DNA of 64,000 nucleotides, taken from assembly GCA_951406725.2 (NCBI GenBank), contig OX597835.1:2666001-2730000 (forward strand). The letters are read 5' to 3'. Shown here piece after piece: positions 31,188 through 45,230 of this stretch; the stretch's first letter is position 1; every line of letters starts with the position of its first letter. The notes under the pieces were generated by a model, which had not been told where the DNA came from, made no database searches, and worked only from the letters and a program-made list of their open reading frames with translations. Made by a program: the position numbers and the translations under genes. Source of the stretch: Octopus vulgaris. Taxonomy: Eukaryota.

Positions 31188-31781
31188 GTGAGTTATTTTT
31201 CGTATTTAAACGTAAATCTCTAAATAGACCGATTCTTCATCCTTGTGGCTTAATCGATCTCGATGCTGTCAGCTTCCAAAATAAAATGTCAGTTGCCGAT
31301 TAATTAATTCAACGTTTCATAACAATCACTGTTTGTTTAATTTATTGCTATGTCGGTTGCTAATTAAATGTGTATGCTCATGTGTGAGTGATTGCATGCG
31401 TATGTATGTGCGTATGTGTGCATGAGAATGTCCAGAAATGTGTGTGATTGTGTGTGTGTGTGTGTGTGTCAGTGTGTGCGCGTATGTGTCTTGGTGAGAG
31501 TAGAAGGTGGAGGAGTGCTGAAAAGGAAAGGGATTGGTTTGTGCTTTGTCCAGTACCATTGGATAAGATAAGCTACGAACCATTTAAGTTCAATGTCTGT
31601 GTCAGTCTGTGCATGCGCATTGATTATATGATATAATATCACATGAAAAATATATATGTAAATATATATGTATATATATCTCTTTCTCTCTCTCTTTCTC
31701 TTTCTCTCTATCTATCCACAATATATATATATATATATATACGAAAGAAGGTTTGAAAATGCAATTTTAAAAGATGTTTAT

Positions 31782-31826
31782 TTACTTTACCGGTTTCACT
31801 CTTTGGAAAAAGATTGTCAAAAGTAA
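31782..31826 (-). ncRNA. Decayed type I hammerhead in a PLE terminus
   Basis: TTACTT-TTGACAA-TCTTT..AAAGA-GT-GAAA-CCG-GTA|AAGTAA. The core differs from CTGACGA at two positions. Confidence 0.5.
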
Positions 31827-32970
31827 CATGTAGAAGTTTGGTTGCGTTAATTATTGGTTGTTGCAAAATGCTACATTACATATATACAGTCTTTGGTAAC
31901 AAGGACATGTTAAGGACATAAAAAGTTCAACAAGTTCCTTAAAATATTGGGCACAAAAGATTACAACATAAATAATCATTCTCAAGAACATGTTAAAGAT
32001 AAGTATTAGATTATGACTCTAGCTACTTCGAGAGTCTGCGTTCCGAAAATGAAATATTTTTTGTATTATTTCGTTTCTATGTGAAATCGTTGTACATAAT
32101 TTTACATATTTTACATAATTTTACATATTCTTTGTGTTTACTGCATTCCTCCAAACGAGAAAGGATGTCCAATAATGAGAAAATCTGGAAAATAAGTAGA
32201 TTGAATTCTCCGACAATCACACGCTACAATTTCTCGCCAAATTATTGTGATCTCTCTCTTGTTTGGATGAATTCAAATCGAGACAATTAAGAGATTTCCA
32301 CTTGATCCTTAAGGGCTCCGTGACTCTTAACAATTTCTTATTTTTTATCCTAATCCTAGCAACAAAAGAATAACTATCGATTTTTCCTTTTGTAAGTGTG
32401 TGATAGTAGCTTCTTTGTAAACACCTACAAAAGCAGGAGATATCACAATTCATGTTCTCAATTATAATCATTATAGAAGTTGATATAAATATGCCGGCTG
32501 ATTATCACCAAGAATATTTATATTAAATCCTTCCCGAATAGTGGCTTAATGACGGGATATATAATATATAAAAAGTGTTATATTGATCGATATACAAATA
32601 TAAGTTTCAAACGATGTACAAAGTTCACAGAAAGGCTGATAGACAGAGAGAGAGAGAGTGATTTCACAATACATTTTGCATTTTTAAGGCTACATTTTCA
32701 AGTACTATTAATGGTGGTTGTGTTTTCTTAGAGTTGACTAAACCAACAAGTAGTTTACAGAGACGTATAAGTATGTAATGTGAGTAGTATCTGAGATAGA
32801 AATAAAAGTGGAACACTGAACTCCATACAAAAGCTGAAAACTCATATGTTTACGCAAGCCAAGAAAACGAAAATAAACGGGGAGATACTCCAGCGTCACC
32901 GTCAAATATTGGAGAAAAGGATGGAAACACATTCTACATTACTCTATTTCTCCTCCATATCTATCTATCC

Positions 32971-33064
<94 letters not shown>

Positions 33065-33088
33065 TTGCACGCATATATGTATATATGC

Positions 33089-33128
<40 letters not shown>

Positions 33129-33153
33129 TAGATAATTAGATAGATAGATAGAT

Positions 33154-33326
33154 GGGCGCAGCAGTGGCTATGTGATAAATAGCTTGTTTACCACGCACAT
33201 GGTTCCGGGTTCAGTCCCACTGCGTGGCACCTGGGGTAATTGTCTTCTACTATAGCCTCGGGCCGACCAAAGCCTTGTGAGTGAATTTGGTAGACAGAAA
33301 CTGAAAGAAGCCTGTCGTATATAAAT

Positions 33327-33420
<94 letters not shown>

Positions 33421-33698
33421 ATATATGTATATATTTGTGTGTCTGTGTTTCACTCCGACCATCGCTTGACAAACGATGTTGGTATGTTTACGTCCCTGTA
33501 ACTTAATGGCTCGACAAAAGTGAGCGATAGAATAAGTACTAGGCTTACAAAGAATAAGCCCCGGGGTCGATTTGTTCGACTAAAGGCGGTGCTCAAGCAT
33601 GGCCGCAGTCAAATAACTGAAACGAACAGAAACAATAAAAGAATACACACACACACACACAAACACACATACATACACACACACACACATACACACAC

Positions 33699-33742
<44 letters not shown>

Positions 33743-33964
33743 GAATGTATTTATGTGTGTCTTAGTGTCTGTATTTGTCCCCACTACCATCACTTGGCAA
33801 CCGATGGTCGTGCGTTTTCGCCCCTTATTCGATAGAATAAGTTCAAGATTTACAAAGAATACGACCTGCAATTGATTTCTTCGACAACAAGACCCTGTAC
33901 CGTGGTGCTACAGTATGGCCGCAGTCAAATGACTGAAACATATTAAGAATAAAAGAATAAAAGA
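33154..33964 (+). mobile_element. SINE family A full copy (33154-33642) plus a second 3' half (33765-33964)
   Basis: Family A motifs with an internal (CA)(TA)(TG) microsatellite. Confidence 0.8.
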
Positions 33965-33999
33965 ATATATATATATATATATATATAAATACCTCCCTG

Positions 34000-34078
34000 C
34001 TTCCATTTCCTGAGCGCCTATTAATAATAATACTGTAATTGTTCCATTGTTGTTGTTTTTTTGTTTCCCGTTTGGATT

Positions 34079-34085
<7 letters not shown>
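34000..34085 (+). mobile_element. PLE terminal fragment, same family as 52066-52255
   Basis: TTCCTGAGCG...TAATACT...TTGTTCCA...GTTTGGATTAA is shared with the reverse complement of 52066-52145. Embedded in (TA)n. Confidence 0.5.
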
Positions 34086-34126
<41 letters not shown>

Positions 34127-34255
34127 AGAGTTTACGAAAAAACAAAAGACGAAGACAGGTGGTGTACAAAAGAGAGGTGGTGTATATATGTATGTGTGTG
34201 TATGTATGTATGCATGTATGTGTGTGTATATATATATATACACATATACATACAT

Positions 34256-34399
<144 letters not shown>

Positions 34400-34424
34400 T
34401 ATATACATACATACATACATACAC

Positions 34425-34459
<35 letters not shown>

Positions 34460-34984
34460 TACACACATTTTATATATGTTATTACATTATATTGTCTATG
34501 GAATCATATATGTATTTATTTAATATATACGTTCCTTTATATGCATATGTGCTTCTATGTGTGTGTCTGTGTGTGTTTAAGTATGAGTATTCATGTTTCA
34601 TCAGTATTATTATATAAATCAATAAAGCAGTCTACGAAAAATTCATTATCGCCGCTAATGTATATTGGATTGACTATTAATTAGAATGGCTTTTAGTGTC
34701 CAAATTAACTTTTAATGTAAATACAGTATATTTATACATTAAAATCATTAATATATAATACTGATATATATTAATACTAGCAGTAATACCTGTCGTTCAT
34801 CGGATAATTACTTTTACTCTTTCTCAGGAGTCACATTCAAAGTATTATTATATATATAATAGATTTCTCAACGGGGATTTCAGGGAGTCGCTGGCGATGC
34901 ATCGTGATGATCAAAAATCCGGCCTGCTAAAATTTGGTTAAAGTGATTCAAACTGCAGACTCAACGCAATATGGTCACATTTAA

Positions 34985-35490
34985 TTCAAAGCGGGGAAGA
35001 GAGGGAGAGGAAGAGAGTAGAGGAACGGTCCACGGAACGTGTTCTGGCAAGGTCTGTATAGATAGTGGTGAAGGGATATCCACGAAGGATGCTGTGGCGA
35101 GCCATGAGTTGAGACTGAGTCTCCGAATCATTGTTATCACTGCAGAGACTGCTGAGATAGAGGAATTGGGTATAATTGGGTGAGAAGGAGAGATGTTGGG
35201 GTATGAGGATGAGTCGGTGTGTTTGTAGTGGACGGGAGTAGCGAGAGCGGAGTCGTGTATGTTGACCGAAATGTCGGGAATGGCGACGGGAGTGTTGGAA
35301 ATAATACAGGAGAATTCGACAGCAGGATGGAAAGATTGGAGAGAAGAGAGAAAGGAGTCTAGTTGTTCAGGAGAGAGTGAGGTCGCGCCGATACAGTCAT
35401 CAATATAACGACCGTACGGTTCGGGAGTGAGACCAGGGAATCCTGAAAACATTTGGGCGTTAACGTAGCCAACGAACAGTTTCGCATAGT
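34985..35490 (-). mobile_element. Penelope-like reverse transcriptase fragment
   Basis: YAKLFVGYV...YGRYIDDCIG...FHPAVEFS...VHYKHTDS: YIDD catalytic motif in a PLE-typical context. Confidence 0.85.
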
Positions 35491-35514
35491 TGATATATAT
35501 ATGTATGTATATAC

Positions 35515-35582
<68 letters not shown>

Positions 35583-36828
35583 GCGGAAGCACACTCTCAG
35601 ACACACACATACATTGTATATGCAAACATATACATACATACGAATGATAGATGTTCACTCATTTCGCCTTCCATTTTTATCTTTTGTCTCAATTCCTTCA
35701 TGGTTTTTTTTATTACTTTTTATTTTCCTTTAAGAATTCCATTATTTAAAATACGATTAATATTCTTCTTTACTTTCATCAGGTTAATTTATTCACACCT
35801 TTGTTTATTATAAGCTCTTTAGGAATTTGAATTCCCAATCGGAAAAACATAACGGTCCATCATTGAAATATATTAACTGGCAACGATAAGCCTCGGTTTA
35901 TGTTTCTTTAGGTAATAGGAAACAGTTAATTCTGTTTCGTTTCTGTTGCTTCTCCGAAACTTCGTCAAATCGATTCTTCATTGAACGTAATTCAATTACA
36001 TTTTGAATGAGGTTTGTTGTTTTTTTTTTCAGAGAAGAAACGAAGTGAATTTTAATTCTCACTCATAGCAATTTCGGTGGTGTGAGTAAGTCGATTACGC
36101 CAAACCTAGTGATAAAATGGTAATATCTTATCAACCCTTAAAGGATCGAAAATTGTCTACTTCTGTTTTTCTTACAAAATACTCGCTTGTCCGGTGAGTA
36201 AAATTCATTGAGTAAAATTCATTGGCTCTTAGAGACCCAACACAAACAGTCCTTCAAACAAATTAAATTTTTTATGAGAGACGATTAGAAATGCTAAATA
36301 ATATTCCGAAATCAGTCATTTCAAAAACTTTTATTGTATCTTTCGATGTCGTGAAGGTTTGTTCAAACATCCCTTGTGACTTTGGAATTGGAGACATTTA
36401 ATTGTAGTTGGACAAATTATTCAGGTGAATGACCGCAAGTCTTAGAAAAATTATTAATTATAGAAAAATAATTAATCATGAATACAATAGATTTTTCATG
36501 TTCAGTGAAGACTTTTATCGGCAAAAACACATTTAAAAAAGAAATGGAAAAGTTAACTCGATGACGGTAAAAGAATTCAAAGCATCACTCAATGGAATTA
36601 TTAGAAATATACATTTTACTACTGAATATAGTGAAGACTGATTCGATTTTTATACATTCTGAGAAAGAATGACCACAACAAAATAAAATCAGATATTCAT
36701 TATAAACCTACAGACTCCAAAACAATATATATCTTTCAATTAGTGCCACCCAAGAGACACAAGATAATATGTTCATTAAAACTTAGGCAAAATGATCTGT
36801 ACAACTTTTAACGACAAATTATTTGAAG

Positions 36829-37660
36829 AACTAAGATGAGATGTGTGGACATTTAGTTCGAACCCCGAGAAGGTGCCGCTGAGCATTGCAGAGATCCGGC
36901 CTATGAAAACGGGTCCGAAACCGGCTGCTTTAAGGACAGCTTCCAGATAGCGATGGCCCACACTATTAAATGCCTTCGACTGATTAAAATTGATCAGGCC
37001 TCCTCCGAAGCAAGCTTTAGTACCAGCTTGCTCTATGATGAGTCGCATACAGTAGGTATTGCAGATAAACCTCTTCGGGAGAGTACACGTTGGCACTTTC
37101 TCGACCAGGCTACCGACGGCAAGTGTCCACATTTTCGCTAGCACCTTCGTCAAGATCTTAAACTCTATGTTTAACAGAGTTATTGCCGATAATTACCTAG
37201 CACGCCCCCTGTCAGCGTCTATCTTCAGCAATGTCATCACATTCGGCTAACAGCACTAGGAATTCTCCCGTTCTATTACTAGTTACGGTAGACGTCTGCC
37301 AAGAGGGCGCCAAACAAATCCGGCACGAACACATAGAATTCATAGAGCAAAACACCCAAACCAGATGACCTACAACTTGTGCAATCGCTCATCGCCACCC
37401 GAATTTCGGCGGCTTTTATCGGATTTTCGCAGAACATCGTGTTTGCTGCAGTCCGTACAGGTACAAACTAAAATACACTACCGTCGGTGACCCTCCTCAA
37501 TTAGCCGCGTAAAGTGCTGTTGGAAAGCTGCTGACAACTGCTCGGAACCGAGTAGCACGCGCCCATCCCAGTCCATCAAAGCCCCAATCGTAGTTTTGCT
37601 ATCGCGTCGCGTTTCCGACGTTCGAATCCATCGAGGGACTGTAGTTCTTTCGCATTTTAG
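36829..37660 (-). mobile_element. L1/Tx1-clade LINE RT fragment (inverted part)
   Basis: KILTKVLAK...LINFNQSKAFNSVGHRYLEAVLKAAGFGP (DxxKAFDxV-type motif). Confidence 0.85.
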
Positions 37661-37665
37661 CTTCG

Positions 37666-37875
37666 ATCTGGAAGCTGTCCTTAAAGCGGTCGGTTTCGGA
37701 GCCAATTTCAGAGGCCGGATCTCTGCAATGCTCAGCGGTACCTTCTCAGGGGTCAAACTAAATGTCCACATATCTCATCTTAAGTTTGGTCAGTAAGGGC
37801 TGCCAGCTGTGATATCTGTACGTGCTAGCTCTCGAGCCACCTCTGCGTGAGTGGGAACAATCGAAGAGCATTCAT
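37666..37875 (+). mobile_element. Same LINE, forward part
   Basis: LEAVLKAVGFG...KLNVH continuing into GC...LYVLALEP. Its first 120 bp or so are an inverted duplicate of 36829-36948. Confidence 0.8.
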
Positions 37876-38059
37876 GTTTTGCCCCAAAGAAATGGTCTAT
37901 GGCCATTCCACTCGCAAATCGGTCTCTCTGCCTCTTCTAGTTTGCTAATCTATCTACAACGCTAAGATAGATTAAAACCAAGTAGATTCCCAATGTAGGT
38001 TATGCAAAACAAAAGCGGAAAGTGTTATTCATGCAGTAAGTGAATGTAGCTGACACAGA

Positions 38060-38570
38060 AACAATACAAGAAAAGACAACCCAGGGAGAGTAATCCACTG
38101 GGAGTTATGTAGGAAGCTAGGATTTGACCATACTGATAAATGGTATGAAAATGAACATAGGAAAGTATTGGAAAGAAAGAAATGAAACTAGTTGTGGGAC
38201 TTTAACATTCAGACTGACAGAGTAATAGAAGCTAGAAGGCCTGATTTATTAGTAGTAGATAAAGAGAATAGAAAATGCCAGATAATTGACTTTACAGTCC
38301 CAAATGATGAAAAAATCAATATCAGAGGTATAGTAAAAATAGCAAAATACCATGACCTAGCCATTGGATTACAAGAAAGTGCAGGTAAAATGTATCCCAG
38401 CAGTTACAGGTGCATTAGGAACTATCCCTAAAGATCTGGACAGCTCCAGAAAACTGTGTTATTAGGGACATCTAGGATATTTAGAGGGGTTCTTGGCATC
38501 TAGGGTTAGTTGTTGTAATCCGATGTTAGGAATATTTCTTTTCCAACAGTCTAATCTGTTGTGTGTATAC
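38060..38570 (+). mobile_element. Dong/R4-clade 3' end with restriction-like endonuclease
   Basis: IHWELCRKLG..KWYE, WDFNIQTDRVIEARRPDLLVVDK..IIDFTVP, VTGALGTIPK and LQKTVLLGTSRIFRGVL*. Followed directly by (TAA)n. Confidence 0.9.
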
Positions 38571-38598
38571 GATAATAATAATAATAATAATAATGATA

Positions 38599-38658
<60 letters not shown>

Positions 38659-38907
38659 TGATGATGATGATGATGGTGGTGGTGGTGTTAGTGGTGGTAG
38701 TGGATCGTCGCAGCGGCTAGAATGTCTTTGATCATAAATCTGCTCGGTTAAGGCTGACCCGGGGGTTAAGTACCAACAACATCGGCCATAAATTTCAAAA
38801 GTCATGAAATTCTTGGTAACTCTACTGGTAATAACATATATTATTTGAAGGGGATGATCATAATGATGATGACGATGGTGGTGGTGGTGGTGGCGGTGAT
38901 GATGATG

Positions 38908-38956
<49 letters not shown>

Positions 38957-39173
38957 CGATGATGATGATGATGGTGGTGATGATGATGATGATGATGGTG
39001 GTGATGATGATAATGGTGATTATGATAATGATGATAACGATGTTCATGATAATGATGATGATAGTAGTTGTCGCGCTGATGGTAATGATGGTGGTGGAGG
39101 TGGTGATGATTTCTTTTTTTTGGTGGTGGTGGAAGTGATGACGACAACAACAACGATGGCGATGATGATGATA

Positions 39174-39210
<37 letters not shown>

Positions 39211-39517
39211 CAGTGATGATGATGATGATGGTGATGATGATGGTGATGATGATGATGATGACGCAGAATATTGGTGAAGCCAATGCATATTAATGAGTCA
39301 ATTATCGTCTCAAATGTTAACCAAAACCATTCTGTTGTACACGTGACCAAAGACAGAATTTTCTAACCTAAAGTTCAAAGTTGTTCTTTGCAATTATTGT
39401 TCAATATACAACAGACTATTCTATTATTATCCAACAGTTGCGACATCATGAATCGTGTGTGTGTCTGTGTGTCTGTGTGTATGTGCACGTATGCAAATAT
39501 ATATGCATACACACACC

Positions 39518-39626
<109 letters not shown>

Positions 39627-39643
39627 GCATACACATTTCTTAT

Positions 39644-39812
39644 ATAGGCGTAGGAATGGCTGTGTAGTAAGTAGCTTGCTTACCAACCGCATTGTTTCGG
39701 GTTCAGTCCCTACTGTGTGGCACCTTGGGCAAGTATCTTCTACTATAGCCTCGGGTTGACCAAAGCCTTGTGAGTGGATTTCGTAGGCGGAAACTGAAAG
39801 AAGCCCGTCGTA

Positions 39813-39871
<59 letters not shown>

Positions 39872-39972
39872 GTGTGTGTGTGTGTGTGTGTGTTTGTGTG
39901 TCTGTGTTTGTCCCCTGAACATCACTCGACAATCGATGCTTGTGTGTTTACGTCCCCGTAACTTAGCGGTTC
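39644..39972 (+). mobile_element. SINE family A, 3'-truncated
   Basis: ATAGGCGTAGGAATGGCTGTGTAGTAAG head and internal (TA)n(TG)n. Confidence 0.85.
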
Positions 39973-40834
39973 TAAACATAAGCTTTTCTCAAAAACGCTA
40001 AGAGTAAAAGATATTTTATATGACACATTCTACCAGTGTCCGAAGTTTGAAAGTGTTTAGTTACCAAAATTATTTTTCTAAATCTGTCGGTCAAAAGGTA
40101 AAGATCGAAATAATGTAAAACCGCGCTGCCAACGGAGTACGAACGTTGCGTTGACTTATAAAAACGTTTAATATCGTACTTTATCGTATATTATGGTTGT
40201 ATTACGAAATATCACGTACCTATAATTAGTTATCATATCGTATATTGTTTAATGAATGTGTTACGTTTAAGAAACAATTTTTAATTGTCTAAATGAGAAA
40301 TTTCGTGAGAGAGATAAAAGGAATGTTAGTAAACTTTCATTTACCTGTCAAAGAGGATAACAACAAAACCAAATATGCAACGCGCCACCCACGTGGTGAA
40401 TCTCGCTACTACAAGCAGAAATCCGAGTTCCGCATCTTGTGCGCCAACTTATTTGAGCAAAATAGTAAGAACTACATAATTGATTTATAAGAAGTTAACA
40501 TTGTGATACGTAGTTTAATAATGATAAGTTTATGGCTTCATCCTTCGCATATGAACTGTCCATGATATTGTATTTACGTGTGCAGAATCAAACATTGCTT
40601 CCATAAAAACACTTCGAAATATCTTTCAATAAATGTAAGGTGAACCATATTAGATTTGTTAGATGCACAATAAACAATGCTACACGAAATATAGTTATGT
40701 GATGTTATATTTCATATTTTTGTGTACATTCGGAAATACAAATACAGTGCGCTGCTAAGATTGTCTCTAGAGAAGAAACTCTCCTTTTTGACAATATGGG
40801 TATAAACACATCAATAGTCCATCAATGGCATTAC

Positions 40835-40966
40835 CTGACCTTTGGGCACATGCATTTTCACTTCATCAGCTATGTATACCGTCTGTCATGGCCGCTAAGA
40901 TCTGGTTGCTCTCAGATTAGAAAAGCAAACGGTACAATTGTTGACTGATGTGCGAATAGTATCGAC
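40835..40966 (-). other. Candidate non-coding or UTR exon
   Basis: Acceptor CTTTATTCCAG|G and donor CAG|GTAATG. Stops occur in all three frames. Confidence 0.25.
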
Positions 40967-41267
40967 CTGGAATAAAGTACAAATTCACTAAACAGCGTTG
41001 AATATAACTGTACATGAATGGGTTAAACATGATGGTATATTTAACGCTAGCTGCAAATCTTTGATAAACTACATCTGCCAACATTGTGGAGTAACTTCGA
41101 GCCACTAGAAACAACTGTCGGACTTATAAGACTTTCCCCTCTTTAGTCTTGTAATCTTTATTCTATGTAATCTGAGTAAGTTTGCTCTGTTAGTACATAC
41201 ATCTATGTATATTTATACTAGAATGTTAATCATCTGAATATTTTGCATTTTCTTATTTAAATGTATA

Positions 41268-41339
<72 letters not shown>

Positions 41340-41402
41340 TAGATAGATAGATAGATAAATGAAAGAATGGAGTCGAACGACGATTTAACAAAATTCCTTT
41401 AT

Positions 41403-41483
41403 TCTCGACATATGTTTCGAAGACTGCATATTCTTAATTCCGAAGGAATAAAGGGTGCATTATGCCGCCTTCTCATCAGGAAA
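41403..41483 (-). ncRNA. Intact type I hammerhead ribozyme in a PLE terminus (element about 41355-41670)
   Basis: TTTC-CTGATGA-GAAGGC.GCATA-[loop]-TATGC.GTCTTC-GAAA-CATATG-TC|GAGA. Confidence 0.85.
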
Positions 41484-41668
41484 GACAAGAAACCTATGTC
41501 AGCATCATGACGAACAAAAACTTTTAGATGACTGCCCACACAGAGTCCATAGTGATAATGAGTGTTTCTTTAAAATATTCCGTTATAAGCAGTGACGTCA
41601 AAATTGGTTGGACGGAGAAGATTCTAAAAAGTTCAAGAGTTTAAAAATGGTTGGAATACTTAAACATT

Positions 41669-41709
<41 letters not shown>

Positions 41710-42152
41710 ATAGTGAAACTGTACACCCTTCCTAGTAAAAGGTGGTAGTAACTAGCCATTATAAATAGACCAGTAGCCAGTCGAAAGAAGAAGGTCAAGA
41801 AGATCGAGAGTGCGTGTAGGCTTTGCTTATAGTCGTGTCTGAGCTGATATAGTAATTATACTGATACTGAGTGGACGTTATAACGAACCAAGCATGTGAA
41901 GATTGTAACACTGGACAAGAGGTGGTACAGTGCCAGATAGAACAATTCCGTCGTCGTTTTCGGAATATAACAATGTCTGTCGGAGCGACAACCGTCGTCA
42001 AACACAGATACAATAGTGGCAAAATACCGTTTTACAACAGATACATGAAAATATTTAGCGTTTATTCGACCCGTTCTCATTCTTTTCACATACGTATACA
42101 TACCTTTATAATATTATATACATGCACATGTCTATATGTACATTTATGTATA

Positions 42153-42213
<61 letters not shown>

Positions 42214-43914
42214 GCATCCAGGTTGAGATACTGATCATCTGGTTTAGGTGTATCCTTCGGTGTAGATGTGTCTCCTCATGTGATTGCAAGAGTTATCTCG
42301 ATAAAAGATACAGATTCTCAAGATTTCTTCTCGGTCTTCGTTTATAAAAATGCCAAATGAAAGTGTACAGCTTCATACTTTTAGAAGATCCTTAATTAAT
42401 ATCAGATAAAAAAAAATAACAGATACCCAAATCAGCGAGCAAAGTATAAGATACAGTCTTTAGTATATATAGATGTATAAACGCCCAAACACACATGTAA
42501 TGTGGCGCACGTACACTCGCTCGTACAAATGCACACAGACATAGAAGCACACACATATAGGTGTCCTTCAGAGCAGTCGTCCTTTTGTGGATTACAGAGC
42601 AGTTTTATACAATACTAGAGGGGGGGGGGTGATGCCCATAATAGCACGTATATATTACGTATATATTCTACATGTATTATATAAAAGATACTCAGTATAT
42701 TACGGTAGGGAATAAAATAGAAATAGAATTTTAAAAATTTATTCTTTCTGTGCGGTCAAGTTCCAAATAATCCTCGGTTCAGTGCTGGTCCTTAGCCCGG
42801 TAGTTGAGACCCCTGGTGGCAAGTATTCAAACCGAGCTTACTGTTCGAGAACACTCTCCTCCCCGCAACCAGTCTTGGAACCCGCGATAAAGGTCTTAGC
42901 CAACGTCTTTTTCTTCTTCCCTCGACTAAACTAATAAAAAATTCTTCACAACTTTCCACTGCGTTGTCACTCAAACAAGTGAGAAATTGCATTACCTATT
43001 TCAGCTTTTTATTTTTTATGAAACATCATAAAAAATTGGTCATAAAAAACTAATTGTATATAAATCAAATATGTCTATCAGCAAATTATATTTTATTGTG
43101 CTATATTGTATAGCTTATTTCTGAGTCAAAATATCAGCGACCAACCGTAAAAGTACAGTTGACTCTGTTTTAACTCTTTCATGCCTTGCATTTACTTATG
43201 TTTGTTTGTTTCTTTTTATTTTTCATTCTTTTTCTTATCTCTATTTCTTTCTTTCTACCTTTACCCAACCTCTCCTTAACCCTATTTTTCTTTTCGCTTT
43301 CCTCTCATCTTTCAGAGCATTCATCTCTGCCTTCTAACTTCTGTTGTTGACAACGTTTGTTCACGAAACGAGGAATTTAGCCTTTGACCCTGTCGTACCC
43401 CTGTCGTACCCCTGTCACCTCGAATTAACAGACAAATACCCCCCCCCACTTCATTCCTCATATTCTAACAAAACAGGACGTATTGAATGATGAAGTCAAT
43501 GATTCGTATTACTTGAAGATAAGTCATCAGTGGAGTGTTATGGATCGCGGGTGCAGCAGCATCAGCTAACCAGCGCTGATGAGAGGACAGATGTAGACCG
43601 ACGAAGCACCAACTAGACATGATACACTTCGATCAAATGCTTTTTGTCATAGGCCTGATCGTTCAAGTTTGACCCGGGCTAAATGCCTTACGAGAGAAAT
43701 AGGAGAGGCATTCGACCACTGTATCTAACTCGGTTGAACGACTACGTTGATACATCCCTGTCAGCCTTATGCGTGAGTGTATGTGTGAGCATCTGATGGT
43801 TGGTGTATATGCTTATGTTTACGCGTGCGTGCATGTGTGGGTGAATGTGTTCAATGATGCATATAACAAACCCCCTTATATAGGGTTGTTATATGTACAT
43901 AGACTCCATGTATA

Positions 43915-44130
43915 TAGGCTTCAAATTTTGGCACAAAGCCAGCAAGTTTTAGGTGAGGGGTAAGTAGATTATATCAGTCCCAGTGCTAAACTGGTACTTA
44001 TTTTATCGATCCCGAGGGGATGAAAGGCAAAGTCAACCTCGAGAAAATTTGAACTCAGAACGTAAAGACGGACAAAATGCCACTATGCATTTTACCCGAC
44101 GTGCTTACGATTCTGCTTGCTCATCTACCT
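43915..44130 (-). mobile_element. SINE family B
   Basis: GATGAAAGGCAAAGTCAACCTC...TTTGAACTCAGAACGTAAAGACG. Confidence 0.8.
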
Positions 44131-45230
44131 TAAAACATCCCATTGTATATTAAACGTGCGATATCCATAGCCTCCACCACTAGACGGATATTCAATCGCA
44201 GCCCACAGGGGATTATCACCTCACTAAGTTTCGGATTAATATGGTTTGTGATGTTTGGCTTGGTTCCTAATTAATTTGTCTTCAGCAAATTAAAACTAAC
44301 AGCAAAGTTTTAAACGCGCAAACATTTACGTATATATGTATGTACGTATGGACACATTTACAGATACACAGAAGAACGCATACACACACACACACACACA
44401 CATATACACAAGAATACATAGGTGCAAGACCATATATGCACACACGCTGAGATGCATATACACATGTTTACAAATACATAGATGCACACATATACAAACA
44501 TTCATAGATATTTAGATATTTACGCACAGGTATATAAATGTATATTTTACATGCATGAATAGTGGTTACTAACGTCGGAGCTTGTTTGGACAGTTCCGTC
44601 TATGACAGTCGATCGGATGAGTGTAAGGCAATATGTATCTTCCTGTGTGTAATTAGATGTGAATGGGAACAACGGTTTGGGAAACAGATGTAAAAGGTGG
44701 TTCTGGCATTGTATTGGAGATTGTGTTCCTATAATTTCTGGTCTTAATTTGAGATCGCTTGGTCGTAAAATCTGCATTGTTCATTTATAACTGTATTTCT
44801 GAGATTTTTTTCATGGATCATAGTCAAATCGCTTTCTGTAATTTTGAAACTGCATAAAAGGTCCATTTCTTTATCCTTAATGTAGTCTGAGCATTGTTTA
44901 ATTAATGTTCTGGTTTTGGCAATTGTGCCTTAATTAGCAGAAATATGTCCAACTTCACCCTTTTTTGAGGAAGTGACAAACACTTAGGTCGATAGATTGA
45001 CACGATGTATAAATTTCCATGTGGGACTCATAAATGTAAAGAATCCTTCGTAAAAAAGTGGTTCTACTGCCACTGAAAATTGATCAGTAAATTATCTTAA
45101 AGAAGATGAGACGGATGAAGCAATAGTTATTATGAACAGATGTTCATTATAAAAACAGGATATTAAAACAACATAACTGACTAAAAAGTATTATAACGAA
45201 GAAATGAAAAAACACTCCTGCGCCTATGAG

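Noticed and set aside
41609-41620. TGGACGGAGAA, matching the 5' end of miR-184
   Set aside because: Only 11 nt match, there is no hairpin, and it lies inside a PLE fragment.
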